A stretch of 64,000 bases of DNA from Octopus vulgaris (GCA_951406725.2 OX597816.1:24552001-24616000), one strand, 5' to 3'; positions 41,449 to 55,214 are shown, numbered from the stretch's first letter. The notes: generated by a model not told the origin, from the sequence alone. Made by a program: numbers and translations.

Positions 41449-41581
41449 CATTTTTAGAACAGAGCAGTAAACACAAGGAATGTTTTATAATGTCTCTGCC
41501 GATTTCTTCTTCTAAACGTTCCAGAACATTCTCCAACAAACTTTGAGTTGTTTCTGGTAAAGAAGTAACTTTCTCAGTGAC
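41449..41581 (-). CDS. TEP1: TEP1-like exon (VTEKVTSLPETTQSLLENVLERLEEEIGRDIIKHSLCLLLCSKN)
   Basis: tttttag / gtaaaa; LP...VLERLE motif; in phase. Confidence 0.87.
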
Positions 41582-42168
41582 CTAAAAACAAACAAAAAAA
41601 AAAATAAATAAATAAAATAAAATAAAATAGTTTAATTCTAAGATTAAATTTATAAATAGCAGACTTTATTTTCAACTTTGTATAAAAAATTTTGTATGAA
41701 AAGCAAAAACATTTTCCAAAATAACATTTAATTCATTTTTTTTGTTTTGTCCTCACCGTTGTTGTTCTTGGTGTTGCTGTTATTATTATTATTATCATTA
41801 TTATTATCATTATTATTATTATTATTATTATTAATCCTTGTAGCTAATAAAAGAATATATTATTATTGTTATTATTATGTTTAAGATAACTGACAGAATC
41901 ATTAGCACGTCGGGCTAAATGCTTAACAACATTTTGTCCGTCCTTAGGTTCTGAGTTCAAATTCCACTGAGGTCAGTTTGCCTTTCGTCCTTCCAGGGTT
42001 GATAAATTAAGGACCAGTCAAGTACCGAGGTCAATGTGATAAACTATTCCCCTCCCCTCAAATTCCAGGCCTTGTGCCTATAGTAGAAAGGATTATTATT
42101 GCTTGTATACACTTTTTTGATACATGTATTTGTTTTGGGACCCCTTCGCATTGAAGACCGGTGATTGT

Positions 42169-42211
42169 CGCACTGACAACGGGTAAATACCCAGAAACCC
42201 GGGTCCATGCG
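42169..42211 (+). ncRNA. Decayed hammerhead motif
   Basis: cgca CTGACAA CGGGTA aa TACCCA GAAA CCCGGG TC catgcg. Confidence 0.5.
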
Positions 42212-42374
42212 TATCACGTCAGGTCGACAATGGGAAGGATGGCTTCCCTTTGCAAATACTGATAGGGCACAGAAAGTGTGTCAATAGCCAGCTGGAGAAG
42301 ATGTTCTCCTGGGGCTACAAGCTACAGTAGCAGCCACATTTAAGTGGCAAATATACTTCACATTATTATTATTA

Positions 42375-43040
42375 TTATCTCTTTATCATAGATTTTGTTG
42401 GAGCGCCTGGAGTCTTGTATGCATAGCAGGCTTGCTACCTGCAGCCTACGGTACCATTCTATCCATTCTTTTCAGTTATCTAATACTTTCCTGATTATTC
42501 TGGCCATGCCAGGGAGGCAAAACCATTTATAACAGTTCTACTGGGCACCCTATTCCAATTTCCTGTCTATTCCTCTTGATGCCTTCTGATACTGTTCCCA
42601 AGGACCCAACAATAATTGGTATTATCTTCACCTTCTTCATTTACCATAGCTGGGCTATTTTGTACTTAAGAGGGTTGTGCCCATCTATCTTTTCGCCTTC
42701 CTTCTTGACTATTTGTGGGTCAAAGGGGCATGCAACATCAACTATATAGCATATGAGGTGCACCTTGTGCACCACGACTAGGTCCGGTCTGTTATGCTCT
42801 AGCACCTGATGTATTTGGATTGGGAAATCTCATGGGATTTTACTAGTCTCGGACACTACCACTCTCTGTGTTTTGTGGTCATACCACATCTTGCCTCTCT
42901 CTAGCCTCCACTTTTCGCACAGTTTCCAATGTAGCACTTTCACTACCAGGTTGTGTCACCACAACTTGTAGTGGTTTTGGGTGAGTCTAGGGCATTCATT
43001 CGTAATATGTGCAATGGTTTCATCCATTCTGTTGCTGATG
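42375..43040 (-). mobile_element. Decayed RLE-LINE 3' fragment
   Basis: Translates to LHWKLC...WYDHK...WDFPIQ...NRPDLV...DVACPFD...IIVGSLG with stops. Confidence 0.75.
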
Positions 43041-43139
43041 CAACAGAGCAGAGATAAATAAAAGAGATAAAAGAGATACATACAAGAAGTTAGACTGTTG
43101 GAAAAGAAAAGAATCCTAACATTGGGCCACAATAAGTTG

Positions 43140-43570
43140 GCTTAAATGCCAAGAACCCTCCCAAGTATCCTAGCTGTCCCTAAAAACACTGTTTTCTGCA
43201 GCTGTACTAAACTGGGTTTTTTGTCTATTTCCTCCATCCATCTGTTCAAATCTTTAGGGATAGTTCCTAATGCACCAGTAACTACAAGGATACATTTTAT
43301 CCACACTTTCCATAGTTTCTGTAATTCAATAGATAGGTCCTGGTACTTTGCTATTTTTTCTATACTTCTCATATTAATTTTTTCCTCATTTAGGACTGTA
43401 AAGTCAATTATCTGGCACTTTTTATTCTCTTTATCTTCTATTACCAAATCATGCCTTCTAGCTTCTATTACTCTATCAGTCTGAATGTTGAAGTCCCACA
43501 ACACCAATTTCTTACTTTCTAGTACTTTACTGGGTTCATGTTCATACCATTTATCAGTATGTTCAACTCA
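43140..43570 (-). mobile_element. RLE-LINE 3' fragment
   Basis: ORF VLWDFNIQTDRVIEARRHDLV...EKIAKYQDL...GALG; next to (TAA)n. Confidence 0.8.
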
Positions 43571-43592
43571 TATTATTATATATTTGTTATTA

Positions 43593-43628
<36 letters not shown>

Positions 43629-43629
<1 letters not shown>

Positions 43630-45220
43630 CAACAGGTCATCCTATAAGTTCTGTCTGATTTTACCTTTTTTAAAACTGAATGAAATTTAATAGTATTTTA
43701 GAATGTCTTATGGAATTATAATTTATTTTTATGCATTTGTGTACATTTAAACTAATTAAATATTATTTTACAGAATAATAGAATTAAAATTTCTTTGATT
43801 AAAACCCTTTCTAACATGGAAGCACCCAAAGAGCATTTGAGGCACATAATGCTTTTTGAGTACAAAAAAGGAAACTCTGCAGCCGAAACGACTCGAAACA
43901 TACACTCAGTTTATGGGAAGGAATGCTTGAATGAAAGAACTTGCAGAAGATGGTTTGCAAAATTCAGAAGTGCAGATTTCAGCCTTGAAGATGAAGATCG
44001 AATGGGACGTCCAGTTGAGTTTGATGATAAGATCCTTGAGGCATTACTTGAAGAAAATCCTGCATTATCAGTTGAAGAATTGGCAATAAAGCTTAGTTCA
44101 AACCATACAACTGTTCATTGTCATTTTCAACAACTTGGAAAGGTTCCGAAACTTGGAAAATAGGTACCTCATAAATTGCCTGAAAGCAACTGCAAATCCA
44201 GAGTTGACATCTACTCTTCTTTCCATTCTCGCGAACTCATTTCACCCTTTTTGGATAGACTTGTAACTGGTGACGAAAAATGGATCTTCTATCGAAATGT
44301 TAAACATCATAAACAGTGGCTTGGTAACAGTGAAAAGCTCAACCACAACCGAGTAGGGAACTTCATGGAAAAAAGGTTCTTCTCTCTATCTGGTGGGATT
44401 GCAAAGGAGTAATTCACTTTGAATTGTTACCACCTAATGCAACAATCAATGCTCAAATCTACTGTCAGTAATGAGAGCATTTGAACAAAGCTTTGAAGAA
44501 AAAAAGACCTGCTTTAGTGAATTGAAAAGGAGTGATGTTTCATCAGGATAATGCGTGACCCCACACTGCAAAGATCACATCACAGAAGATGGAAAAGCTT
44601 GGTTAGGAAAAAATTCCCCATCCACTTTATTCTCCCAACCTTGCTCCTTCAGACTACCATTTGTTTCGTAGTTTACAGATTCATTTGGGGGACATAACTT
44701 TTGCAAACCAAGAGGAGGTCGAAACTGACATTTCAGAGTTCTTCGCTTTGAAACCAAAAGAGCTTTACATTAATGAGATTAAAAAGCTTGTAAATAGATG
44801 GAATTTCAATTCATCATCATCATTGTTTAGCGTCCGTTTTCCATGCTAGCATGGGTTGGATGGTTCTACTGGGGTCTGTGAAGCCAGAAGGCTTCATCAG
44901 GCCCAGTCAAATCTGGCAGTGTTTCTACGGCTGGATGCCCTTCCTAACACCAACCACTCCGTGAGTGTAGTGGGTGCTTTTTACGTGCCACCCGCACAGG
45001 TGCCAGACAGAGCTGGCAAACGGCCATGAACGGATAGTGCTTTTTATCGATCAATGGAAATTGCAGATATGTTACCAGTGCCAGTGGCATGTAAGAGAAC
45101 CTTCCGTTTCGCGACCGTTGCCAGCACCACCCCGTTTCGTGTCCGTTGCCAGCCTCGCCTAACATTTTATCACTTGTTTTCTTTATTCAAAATTCGGACA
45201 GAACTTATGGGATGACCTGA
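43629..45220 (+). mobile_element. Full-length but decayed mariner (DD34D-type) transposon with a nested SINE at about 44812-45160
   Basis: TIRs caggtcatcctataagttctgtctgatttt / aaaattcggacagaacttatgggatgacctg; HTH region RRWFAKFRS...GRP, LVTGDEKW, HQDNA*PH, YSPNLAPSDYHLF; stops and frameshifts. Confidence 0.92.
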
Positions 45221-45260
<40 letters not shown>

Positions 45261-47075
45261 TTGTTTAATTTACTGCATGGCCAAATTTTAAGTAGGAAAA
45301 CAGTTCAAGATGTTTCTTCAAAACTAAAATAAAATAAAAGAGATGGGATATTGAGGAATAAAATTAGAATATTTTTTAAATACTGTAATTAAAATTAAGA
45401 AGGGAAAAAAAAAACATCCAGAAACTTCTAGTTTGAATTGATTAAATCATTGTTTTGTTTTCCATGAATTTCAATTCAGCTTTGAATTTCTATTTCAGAT
45501 CACGTTGTTCCTCAGTTTTCTTAATTTTTCGTAAAATTTAAAATGTCCATTTTTATCTTGTTTCAGCCATGCTGGAGGTCTGCCTTGAAAAGTTTAGTAA
45601 AAAAAGAAAAAAAGGCGATCCCAGCACTTATGTTTTTTCAGATTTTTTAAATTTTTTTATTTTGGATATTCCAGGCAATGTGACATTCACAACCACACCA
45701 GGGCAACATGAACTTTATTCTTTCAGCCAGTGGTGTGATTTAAGGGAGATTTGGTTGGTGCTTCTAGCAAAGTGAGTGACCACAAAGAGGCATCATCTAA
45801 TGGACAAGAGTTACTTTCTTTTACTCTCTTTTACTTGTTTCAGTCATTTGACTGTGGCCATGCTGGAGTACTGCCTTTAGTTGAGCAAATCGACCCCAGG
45901 ACTTATTCTTTGTAAGCCTAGTACTTATTCTATCAGTCTCTTTTGCCGAACTGCTAAGTTATGGGGACGTAAACACACCAGCATCGGTTGTCAAGTGATG
46001 TTGGGGAGACAAACACAGACACAAACATATACACAAACATACATATATATATACATATATTTACAACAGGCTTCTTTCAGTTTCCGTCTACCAAATCCAC
46101 TCACAAGGCTTTGGTCGGCCTGAGGCTATAGTAGAAGACACTTACCCAAGGTATCACGCAGTGGAACTGAACCCGGAACCATGTGGTTGATAAGCAAGCT
46201 ACTTACCACACAGCCATTCCTGCGCCTATTTGGGTAATTGCAGTTTCCTTTTTTTAAAGAACAAAGGATTTGAACTCAACACTTCTAGCCAATGAAATTA
46301 AAAAGTTCACAAAATAACCAAAGAGAAGGTATCTACATGGATGCTTGACCTGCTAGAAATAGCAGTTTTCCAGCAGGTTTGAAAAAAGGAAGGACACACT
46401 GGATTATATAGTTTTAGTTATACTCTGCATGACTCAAAGACAGACTAACATCAGCAACAAATGAAAAAGTCCCTGCCTGGTCAATCAATTTGCTAGAAAT
46501 AGCAATCAGATTACACTAAAATTACACCCTGCTTTTTTCTAAAACAAGACACATTGGATAATATATTCTTAGATACACTATGCCCGCAAAAAGAAAAAGA
46601 AAGAATGAATAGTGAAAATGGTGATGGCTGTAAACCTTCTAGCCATAAGTTTGCCTGATCAGGGTTAATTTGGGCCCAAATGACAATAAGTAACGAAGCA
46701 AAGATTTGATTATATTAAATCATAATATTAAAATGGTGATTCCAATATATATAGGAATTCCTATATATTTAGGAATAGTTACAGAGTTACAAATAAGTTA
46801 TGGAGAGTCCTGATAATTGGGGGTTGCAGTTAAGACATGTTTCTGAAAAAGACTGCGGGTCTCGGGAATGTTAAACGCACCCCATGAAACACATGTAGAA
46901 GCGAAATTTGGAACCGAAATAGTAAGTATTAAAATAAATTCTATGATATGGTGTGATGTATATTAGGATTTGATGAATTGCATGGGGACTTCTATCTCTA
47001 ATTGACATATATTTTCTTATTGAGAATAATTTAATTTATTTGAATCCTTGTGACGCCAGAATTTTTATTCCCTAA

Positions 47076-47122
<47 letters not shown>

Positions 47123-47350
47123 GCAATGGGCTTCTTTCAGTTTCTGTCTACCAAATCTACTCACAAGGCTTTGGTTGCCCATGGCTATAGTAGAAGGTGC
47201 CACACAGTGGGACTGAACCCGGAACCATGTGGTTGGGAAGCAAGCTTCTTACCACATAGCCACTCCTGAGCCTGCAAATACTTTTTTTTTTTAATGGAGT
47301 TTTTAAATAGCAATAAACAAAAAGAAAAAAAGAAATATAATGTAACTTAC

Positions 47351-47443
47351 TTTCTCAAAGACACCAAACACACGCAGTTCTTCACAAGCAATTTGAAGAA
47401 AGAAAGGATTTGATGCTTCTTTCTTCCAAGCCAGGACTTTCAA
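47351..47443 (-). CDS. TEP1: TEP1-like exon (LKVLAWKKEASNPFFLQIACEELRVFGVFEK)
   Basis: tatttag / gtaagt; NPxxL...EELRxFG motif of the TEP1/NWD-type NACHT helical domain. Confidence 0.88.
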
Positions 47444-47496
47444 CTAAATAAAGAATGAAGAAAAAAATATTAATCATTAATATTTACAGGGTGTTA

Positions 47497-48075
47497 AGAC
47501 AGCGAGCTGGCCGAGTCATTAGCATGCCGGGTGAAATGCTTAGCGGTATTTCGTCTGCCGCTACGTTCTGAGTTCAAATTCCACCGAGGTAGACTCTGCC
47601 TTTCATCCTTTCAGGGTCGATTAAATAAGTACCAGTTACACACTGGGGTTGATATAATCGACTTAATCCGTTTGTCTGTCCTTGTTTGTCCTCCCAGTGT
47701 TTAGCCCCTTGTGGGTAGTAAAGAAATAGGTATTTTATCTGCCACTTCGTTCTGAGTTCAAATTCCACCGACGTCAACTTTGCCTTTCATCCTTTCAGGG
47801 TCGATTAAATAAGTACCAGTTACGCACTGGGGTTGATATAATCGACTTAATCCATTTGTCTGTCCTTGTTTGTCCTCCCTGTGTTTAGCCCCTTGTGGGT
47901 AGTAAAGAAATAGGTATTTCATCTGTCGCTACGTTCTGAGTTCAAATTCCGCCGAGGTCGACTTCGCCTTTCATCCTTTCGGGGTCGATAAATTAAGTAC
48001 TGGTGAAACACTGGGGTCGATGTAATTGAATATCCCCCTCCCCCAAATTTCAGGCCTTGTGCCTATAGTAGAAAG
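47497..48075 (+). mobile_element. SINE family C with internal tandem duplication of about 180 bp (others at about 2015, 24655, 26535, 41885, 50125)
   Basis: gagctggc...ttagc head, gagttcaaattcc B-box-like motif; unit repeated three times. Confidence 0.75.
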
Positions 48076-49238
48076 GCAGTGAGCTGGCAGACTCATTAAC
48101 ATACCAGGCAAAACACTTTCCAGTATTTTGTCTGTCTTTACATTCTGGGTTCTAATACAGCCAAGGTTGACTTTGTCTTTCATTTGGAGTCAATAAAAAA
48201 AGTACCTGTGACCACTGGGGCCAATGTAATCAATTTATCCCCTCACTCGAAATTGCTGGCCTTGTGCCAAAATTTGAAACCAATATTTAGAGCATTAAGA
48301 TGGTGAGCTAGCAATGCATGCTTCTTTGATTTTAAATAATATGATTTTAAATCGTAATTTCAATTTAATATAAACAGTTATTGAAACAGCTGTTAGCTGA
48401 AAAGGACTAATGAAACAAAACCAATTTCAAATGTGGATCTATCAATGTAATTGTATATTTATAAATATAAATATAACCTTATTTCTCTATGAAAACTGTC
48501 TGACAAATGGGAACGTGAAATTCAAGTAACAGTTTTTGTGACGTCTTTGCGGCTTTATTAACCCCTTAATGGATCAATTATTTTGACATGGTGTTTCATT
48601 TCAGAGCATATTTTTTTTATTTTCTTTTTTAATTATATACTCTCTTTACTCTTTTACTTGTTTCAGTCATTTGACTGCAGCCATGCTGGAGCACCGCCTT
48701 TAGTCAAGCAAATCGACCCTGGGACTTATTCTTTGTAAGCCCAGTACTTATTCTATCGGTCTCTTTTGCCGAACCGCTAAGTGACGGGCACGTAAACACA
48801 CCAGCATCGGTTGTCAAGCAATGCTAGGGGGACAAACACAGACACACAAACACACACACACACACATATATACATATATGCGACAGGCTTCTTTCAGTTT
48901 CCGTCTACCAAATCCACTCACAAGGCATTGGTCAGCCCGGGGCTATAGCAGAAGACACTTGCCCAAGATGCCACGCAGTGGGACTGAACCCGGAAACATG
49001 TGGTTGGTTAGCAAGCTACTTACCACACAGCCACTCCTGCGCCTATATACACTATGTTAATTACAAAAAAAAGTTTTTATCTTGTTTCCTTTATTTCTTA
49101 TTATCGAAATTAAAATGTACCTATAGTTCTTAGCGCTTGCACATCTATAAAAGCAAAGCCCACACACATTTTGTGAAATCTCTACCCAAAGGTTACTCAA
49201 TGACAACACTGATATATGAATGAGTATGAAAAGCATAC

Positions 49239-49418
49239 CTGATTGTTGAAAAAGGATTCACTTAATGCTTTACGGTAAGCACCCAAAGCATCTCGTATGA
49301 TTTGTAGTCTCTCAGTCATAACCAAGCCTGGCATCATAAAAGTGCAAACATCTTTCCTTCGAACAAGGTTTCTATGGTACTGACCAGAATTCTCAACAGA
49401 TAATATGAAGACCACACC
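49239..49418 (-). CDS. TEP1: TEP1-like exon (GVVFILSVEN...IIRDALGAYRKALSESFFNNQ)
   Basis: ttttctag / gtatgc; LxESxFNNQ motif as in TEP1. Confidence 0.9.
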
Positions 49419-49603
49419 CTAGAAAATAAAAAGTATAAATATATATATATATATATATACACATTTCAAAATGTTTTGAAATGTTTTGAGGAAGATCTTA
49501 TGTAATGCAGGCTTATCCTATTATTATATCATACAAACTAGAAATGCACATATTACAGGATTTCAAAATATCACTATTTGGTTTGATTTCATTATTACAA
49601 CTG

Positions 49604-49672
<69 letters not shown>

Positions 49673-49879
49673 CGCATGTGGATGTGTGCTGTTCTGTGTT
49701 TGCTCTGAATGTGTTTGCTCTGAATGTACTCTGTAAAAACTATTGCTTGCAGACTTTTTATAAAAATTAATCAAATCTGAGAAAGGCCACCAGAGACTGT
49801 GCTTGAAAGAAATGGCATAAGACAAATAAGTAAGTGTTCATTCAATAAGTGGTTATATATTTACTAAGGACAAGCTTAC

Positions 49880-50024
49880 CTCTGGGATTTCAGACAACCA
49901 AGTCAAATTCTGAGGCTGATAGATGCTATCAAACAGATCAAGTCCGTCAATAAAGACAAGAATCTTCCCATTAGCTGAATGACGACACTGGGTGAGCATT
50001 TGTGAAAATGTCATCAGAATGTTT
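49880..50024 (-). CDS. TEP1: TEP1-like exon, NACHT Walker B (GKILVFIDGLDLF...LTWLSEIPE)
   Basis: ttttacag / gtaagc; hhhhDGLD Walker B. Confidence 0.9.
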
Positions 50025-51105
50025 CTGTAAAATCAAAATCATTCAAATAATTTCAGTTTATCAAAGAAAATTAGTTTGGTCAAAGAATGTATTTCTGTTT
50101 AAAGAAAATGTTATTAGAACATTTCTTATTTCTTTATTGCCCACAAAGGGCTAAACATGGAGGAGACAAACAAGGCAGACAAAGGGATTAAGTCGATTAT
50201 TTCGACCCCAGTGCGTAACTGGTACTTTATTTATCGATCCCGAATGGTTGGAAGGCAAATTCGACCTCAGCAGAATTTGAACTCAGAACGTAACAGCAGA
50301 CGAATTACCTATTTCTTTACTACTCACAAGGGGCTAAACATATAGTGGACAAACAAGGACAGACAAAGGGATTAAGTCGATTACATCAATCCCAGTGCGT
50401 AACTGGTACTTAATTTATCGACCACGAAAGGTTGAAAGGCAAAGTCGACCTTGGCGGAATTTGAACTCAGAACGTAACAGCAGACGAAATACCGCTAATC
50501 ATTTCGCCCGACGTGCCAACGTTTCTGCCAGCTCGCCGCCTTAGAACATTTCTGTAAAACAAATACAAAGAGTGATCAAAAAATACCGGGACTGGTGCTA
50601 AAAAACAGAAAACTACAACACATAACAACTTGACATTTCATCTGCTACACACTTTATTCAGCATCCTTTCCTCTGATGGAAGCATTTCTGAAACACCTTT
50701 CTTCGGATAGCAAAGAGCTGCCATGTCACGTTCTCTTGGATTTTCTCAGCATCTTCAAATCTTGCTCTATTCAAATGGGATTTGATTTTGGGGAAGATTT
50801 TCGGCTGTAATATCCTTCAAGTCATGTCACTCTCTCTCTCTCTCTCTTTATATATATATATATATATATATATTACATTTCTAAATATCTCAGAGAGATA
50901 TAAGCACTGGTGGAACGATAGAGCAGTTGTATACTGTCAACTTAACGTGACAGTCCCATGAAAGGAATCATACTACTGCTATTTAGCCCTAGGAATTAGC
51001 ATCAACGCTTCCTGTCGGCCTTGAAGCGTTGATGCTTCCTAGGGCTAAATAGCAGTAGTGTGATTCCCTTCATGGGACTGTCACATGAAGTTGGCAGTAT
51101 ACAAC

Positions 51106-51140
<35 letters not shown>

Positions 51141-52200
51141 CACACACACACACACACACAACAGGATCCCACACGGTTTTAACCATATCCACTCACAAGT
51201 CACTGGTCAACCCAGGAGCCATCATAGGAGACACCTGCCCAAAGTCCTATATAGCTGGGGTGAATATACAACCATATGGTTTACAAAGCATTGGAGTGGA
51301 AGTCAGATGAACTGTTGATTAATCCTAATTAGAATTTAATCTTTGGCCAGCAGGTGTTGCTGTGTGGTTAAGAAACTTGCTTTGCAACTGCATGGTTTTG
51401 GGTTCAATCCCACTGCACAGCACTATGGGCAAGTGTCTTCTACTATAGCCACAGGCCAGCCTATGCATTGTGAATAAATCTGGTAGACAGACACTGTGTG
51501 AAAGTTCATCATGTATGTGTGGAGTGTGTATGTATATATATATGTATGTGTGTGTGTGTGTATGTGTGTGTGGAAGTATGTATGCATATGTATGTGTGAG
51601 TGTGTATGTATATGTGTCTGTGTGTGTGTTTGATTTGTTTATGTCTCCACAGCGAGGTCGTTGCCAGTGTCACTGGACTGGCTCCTGTGTAGGTGGCACA
51701 TAAAAAACACCATTTGAGCGTGGCCAATGCCAGTACCGCCTGACTGGCCCTCGTGCTGGTGGCACATAAAAGCACCTGCTACTCTCTCAGAATGGTTGGC
51801 ATTAGGAAAGGCATCCAGCTGCAGAAACTCTACCAGATCAGATTGGAGCCTGGTGCAGCCATCTGGTTCGCCAGTCCTCAGTCAAATCGTCCAACCCATG
51901 CTAGCATGGAAAGTGGACGTTAAACAATGATGATGATGATGATGATGAACTTAGTTCAACAAAACAAACCAATTGATAAAGTACAATTAAACCTTTCAAG
52001 GTAGTGCTCCAGTATGGCCACAGTGTAAATAAATGAGCAAAACAAACAAAAGATAAAGAAAATAAAAACACATTCACAAACTTTGATTTTTCTGCTTCTG
52101 ACAAGCGATAAAACCTAACAAGCAAATTTTGACATTCTTAAACAGTCGTGACAGATCTTAGAACAGATATTACACAAAAAAATATTTATAAAGATCTTAC

Positions 52201-52373
52201 TTGTATTCTTTTGGGACAGGAGCTTCTAAATTATTGCTGTTTTTCATTTGGTGACAGAAGCGTTTCAAAACTAACATGATATTCGTAGAGTCTGGTGCAA
52301 TGCCAGTGATGTTTACTAGAACATTAGCTGCTTCAGCATATTGTTTAGAAATGCATTCTTGTACGAGCTTACA
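52201..52373 (-). CDS. TEP1: TEP1-like exon, NACHT (CKLVQECISKQY...LKRFCHQMK...PVPKEY)
   Basis: tttgcag / gtaaga; in phase. Confidence 0.85.
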
Positions 52374-52416
52374 CTGCAAAAGAAAAAGAAAAGATCATCA
52401 TCATCATCATCATCAT

Positions 52417-52897
52417 TTAACCCTTTCGTTACCAACCTGGCTGAAACCAGCTCTGGCTCTGTGGTACAATTGTCTTGTTTTTATAAGTTTTCAGTTAAAA
52501 TCTTCCACCAAACCTTAGTCACAATTTATGTTCCTAACACTAGCTTAATGATAACTAAGTTATTTTACTAAATTCTTTGTTATATTTTAAATTAATTGAA
52601 AGAAACACAAAGCATCTCAACAGAAATATGGTAACAAAAGGGTTAAAATATATAATAGAGAAACAATTCTTAACCCTTTTGATACCAACCTGGCTGAAAC
52701 CAGCTCTGGCTCTGAGTACAAATGTCTTGTTTTTATAAGTTTCGAATTAAAATCTTCCACCAAACCTTAGTCACAACTTATGTTCCTAACACTAGCTGAA
52801 TGATAACTAAGTTATTTGACTAAATTCTTTGTTATATTTAAACTAATTGAAAGAAACACAAAGCATCTGAAAATAAATACAGTAATGAAAGGGTTAA
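52417..52897. mobile_element. Two tandem piggyBac-type MITEs (52417-52646, 52670-52897)
   Basis: Each bounded by TTAA CCCTTT...AAAGGG TTAA; near-identical bodies. Confidence 0.8.
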
Positions 52898-53523
52898 CAT
52901 TCATTTTCCATGCTGGCATGGGTTAGATGGCTTGACTGGAGATGGTAAGCCAGAGAGCTGCACCAGACTCCAGTCTGTTTTGGTTTACTTTCTATGATTG
53001 GATGACCTTCTTAATGCCAACCACTCTATAGAGTGTACTGGGTGTCTTTTATGTGCCACTATCATAGGTGCCTTTTATATGTCACTGACACAGGTGCTTT
53101 TCTATGTGTCACCTTAATTGAATTAACTGGTACATAAAAGCAGCCGTGCTTGGGAGGTCATGAAAAGCACCCATTACACTCTTGAAATGGTTGACATTAA
53201 GAAGGACATCCAGCCATAGGAACAATGCCAAATCAAACTGGAACCTGGTGCAGCTCTCCGGCTTACCAGGTCCACTCAAACTGTCTAACCCATGCCAGTA
53301 TGGAAGAGAGATGCTAAATGATGATGATGATGATGATGATGATACACAGAAAATATCCTCACTCCCATAAACAGAAACAGATGTAAAAAGAGAAGCAGAA
53401 AGGAAAGATAGATAGATAGAGAGAGAGAGGCAGAAAGGAAAGATGGAGAGAGGCAGAAAGGAAAGACAGAAAGAGAGAGATAGGCAGAAAGGAAGGAGAG
53501 AGTGAGAGAGAGGAAGAAAAGAA

Positions 53524-53555
<32 letters not shown>

Positions 53556-53681
53556 AAAGAGTCAGAAAGGAGACATAGAGAGTGAGACAGAGAGAGAGAG
53601 GCAGAAAGGAAAGGTTGAGAGAGAGAGAGACAGACAATGGTGAGACATAGAGAGTGAGACGGAGAGACAGAGAGGCAGAAA

Positions 53682-53724
<43 letters not shown>

Positions 53725-54971
53725 CAGAAAGGAAAAATAGAGGGAGAGAGACAATGGTGAGAGAATGGAGAGAGAGAGTGAGGGAGAAAACAAAGGGAAC
53801 ATTAAAATGAGAGACACTTTAAAACATCCCATGTCAAACAAGTCAGCATCGAATCGCGAATGCCAAATGGGTGCCTCCAGAATGGTTGCACCAAAGCATC
53901 TCGTATACCTCTGAGAGCATAGTATTCAAAGTAAGAATGGGGATGGCGGAAAGACTGTAACCTCTGCAGGCAACAAAGGATTCCTTCTCTTCAAGTGAAA
54001 GGGTCTTTGTGCATAAAGTGGTGGTGGGGGGGGATGTTGCAAAGCAACAAAATGTGTGCGTTTAATGACGGGAACATGCAAAGGCTGAAGAGAAAAAAGA
54101 AATGATGCATGCATGTGTGTGTGTGTGTGTGTAATATTAGTGTGCGTGAGTAAACAACAAAGAACAGATAAGATGATAGGGAAAAAACTGAACGTAAGAG
54201 AAATCAGATGTAGCGCTCATGGAGAAGTAGGCACTAAAATAATGATGATGATGATGATGATGATAATGGTCGTGATGGCAGTGGTGACAGTGGCTTTGGT
54301 GACAATAGCGGTGCTGGTGGTGGTGGTAGTGGTAGTGGTGGTGGTGGTGGTGGTGGTGGTAGTGGTAGTGATGGTGGTGGTGGTGGTAGTGATGGTTAGG
54401 TGGTGGCAGTGATGGTGGTGGTGATGGGTAGGTGGTGGCAGTGTTGGTAGTAGTGATGGTGACAGTGGTGGTAATAGTGATGGTGACAGTGGTGGTGGTG
54501 GTGGTGATGGTGTTGGTGGTGGTGGTGGTGGTGGTGGTGATGGCTAGGTGGTGGCAGCAGTGGTAGTAGTGATGGTGACAGTGGTGATGGTGGTGGTGGT
54601 GGTTAGGTGGTGACAGTGGTGGTGGTGGTGGTGGTGAAGAAAAAACAAGAGCAAGGGAAAGAAAAGATGTGTATAACAAAAAAAAAACAAAGGAAAAAAT
54701 AAATGGAAATAATAAAAAAAAAAGTTAAGCAACAAAGAAGATAGATCAATGAATGAATGAATGAACAGATGGATGGATGGATGGATGGATGGATTGGTCC
54801 GTGGATGGATGGAATTAAATTAAAACAAAAAAAAACAAAGAAGAAAAAAAATGGAAGAATGAAAGAATCAGAAGAATATAGAAACAACAAAAGTAAGAAA
54901 GAAAGAAATAAAGGAAAAGAGAGAGAAAAAAATTTATTAAATGTAGATAAAAATAAATGAGGAAAACTCAC

Positions 54972-55157
54972 GAGGAAAGCAGATTTTCCGCATCCAGCTT
55001 TTCCTTCAATCAACAGAATACCTGAGGACATTTCCTTAATTTTGCTTAAACAGTTTTCCAGCAGAGCTTTTCGACCAATAAACAAAGCCTGCTGCTTCTC
55101 AACAAATGCCTGATGTAAGTTCTTCATCTGGGTTTTGACTGCCTTCTCTGTAGCAGG
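54972..55157 (-). CDS. TEP1: TEP1-like exon, NACHT Walker A (FIGRKALL...LLIEGKAGCGKSAFL)
   Basis: tttccag / gtgagt; P-loop GxxGxGKS; 186 nt, phase 0-0. Confidence 0.9.
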
Positions 55158-55214
55158 CTGGAAATTAAGAGACAAACAAATGTATTAGACATCTGGAAAA
55201 TATATATACTTTAC

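Noticed and set aside
39908-41451. Long K/E/R-rich or F/S/L-rich ORFs
   Set aside because: Polypurine low-complexity repeats; only 41449-41581 is a credible exon.
43795-44810. Mariner ORF as a domesticated SETMAR-like gene
   Set aside because: Multiple stops and frameshifts, TIRs retained, no SET domain.
46805-46905. CTGATAA...CCCCAT GAAA CACATG TA hammerhead-like motif
   Set aside because: Core mutated and stem I does not pair convincingly; too degenerate to call.
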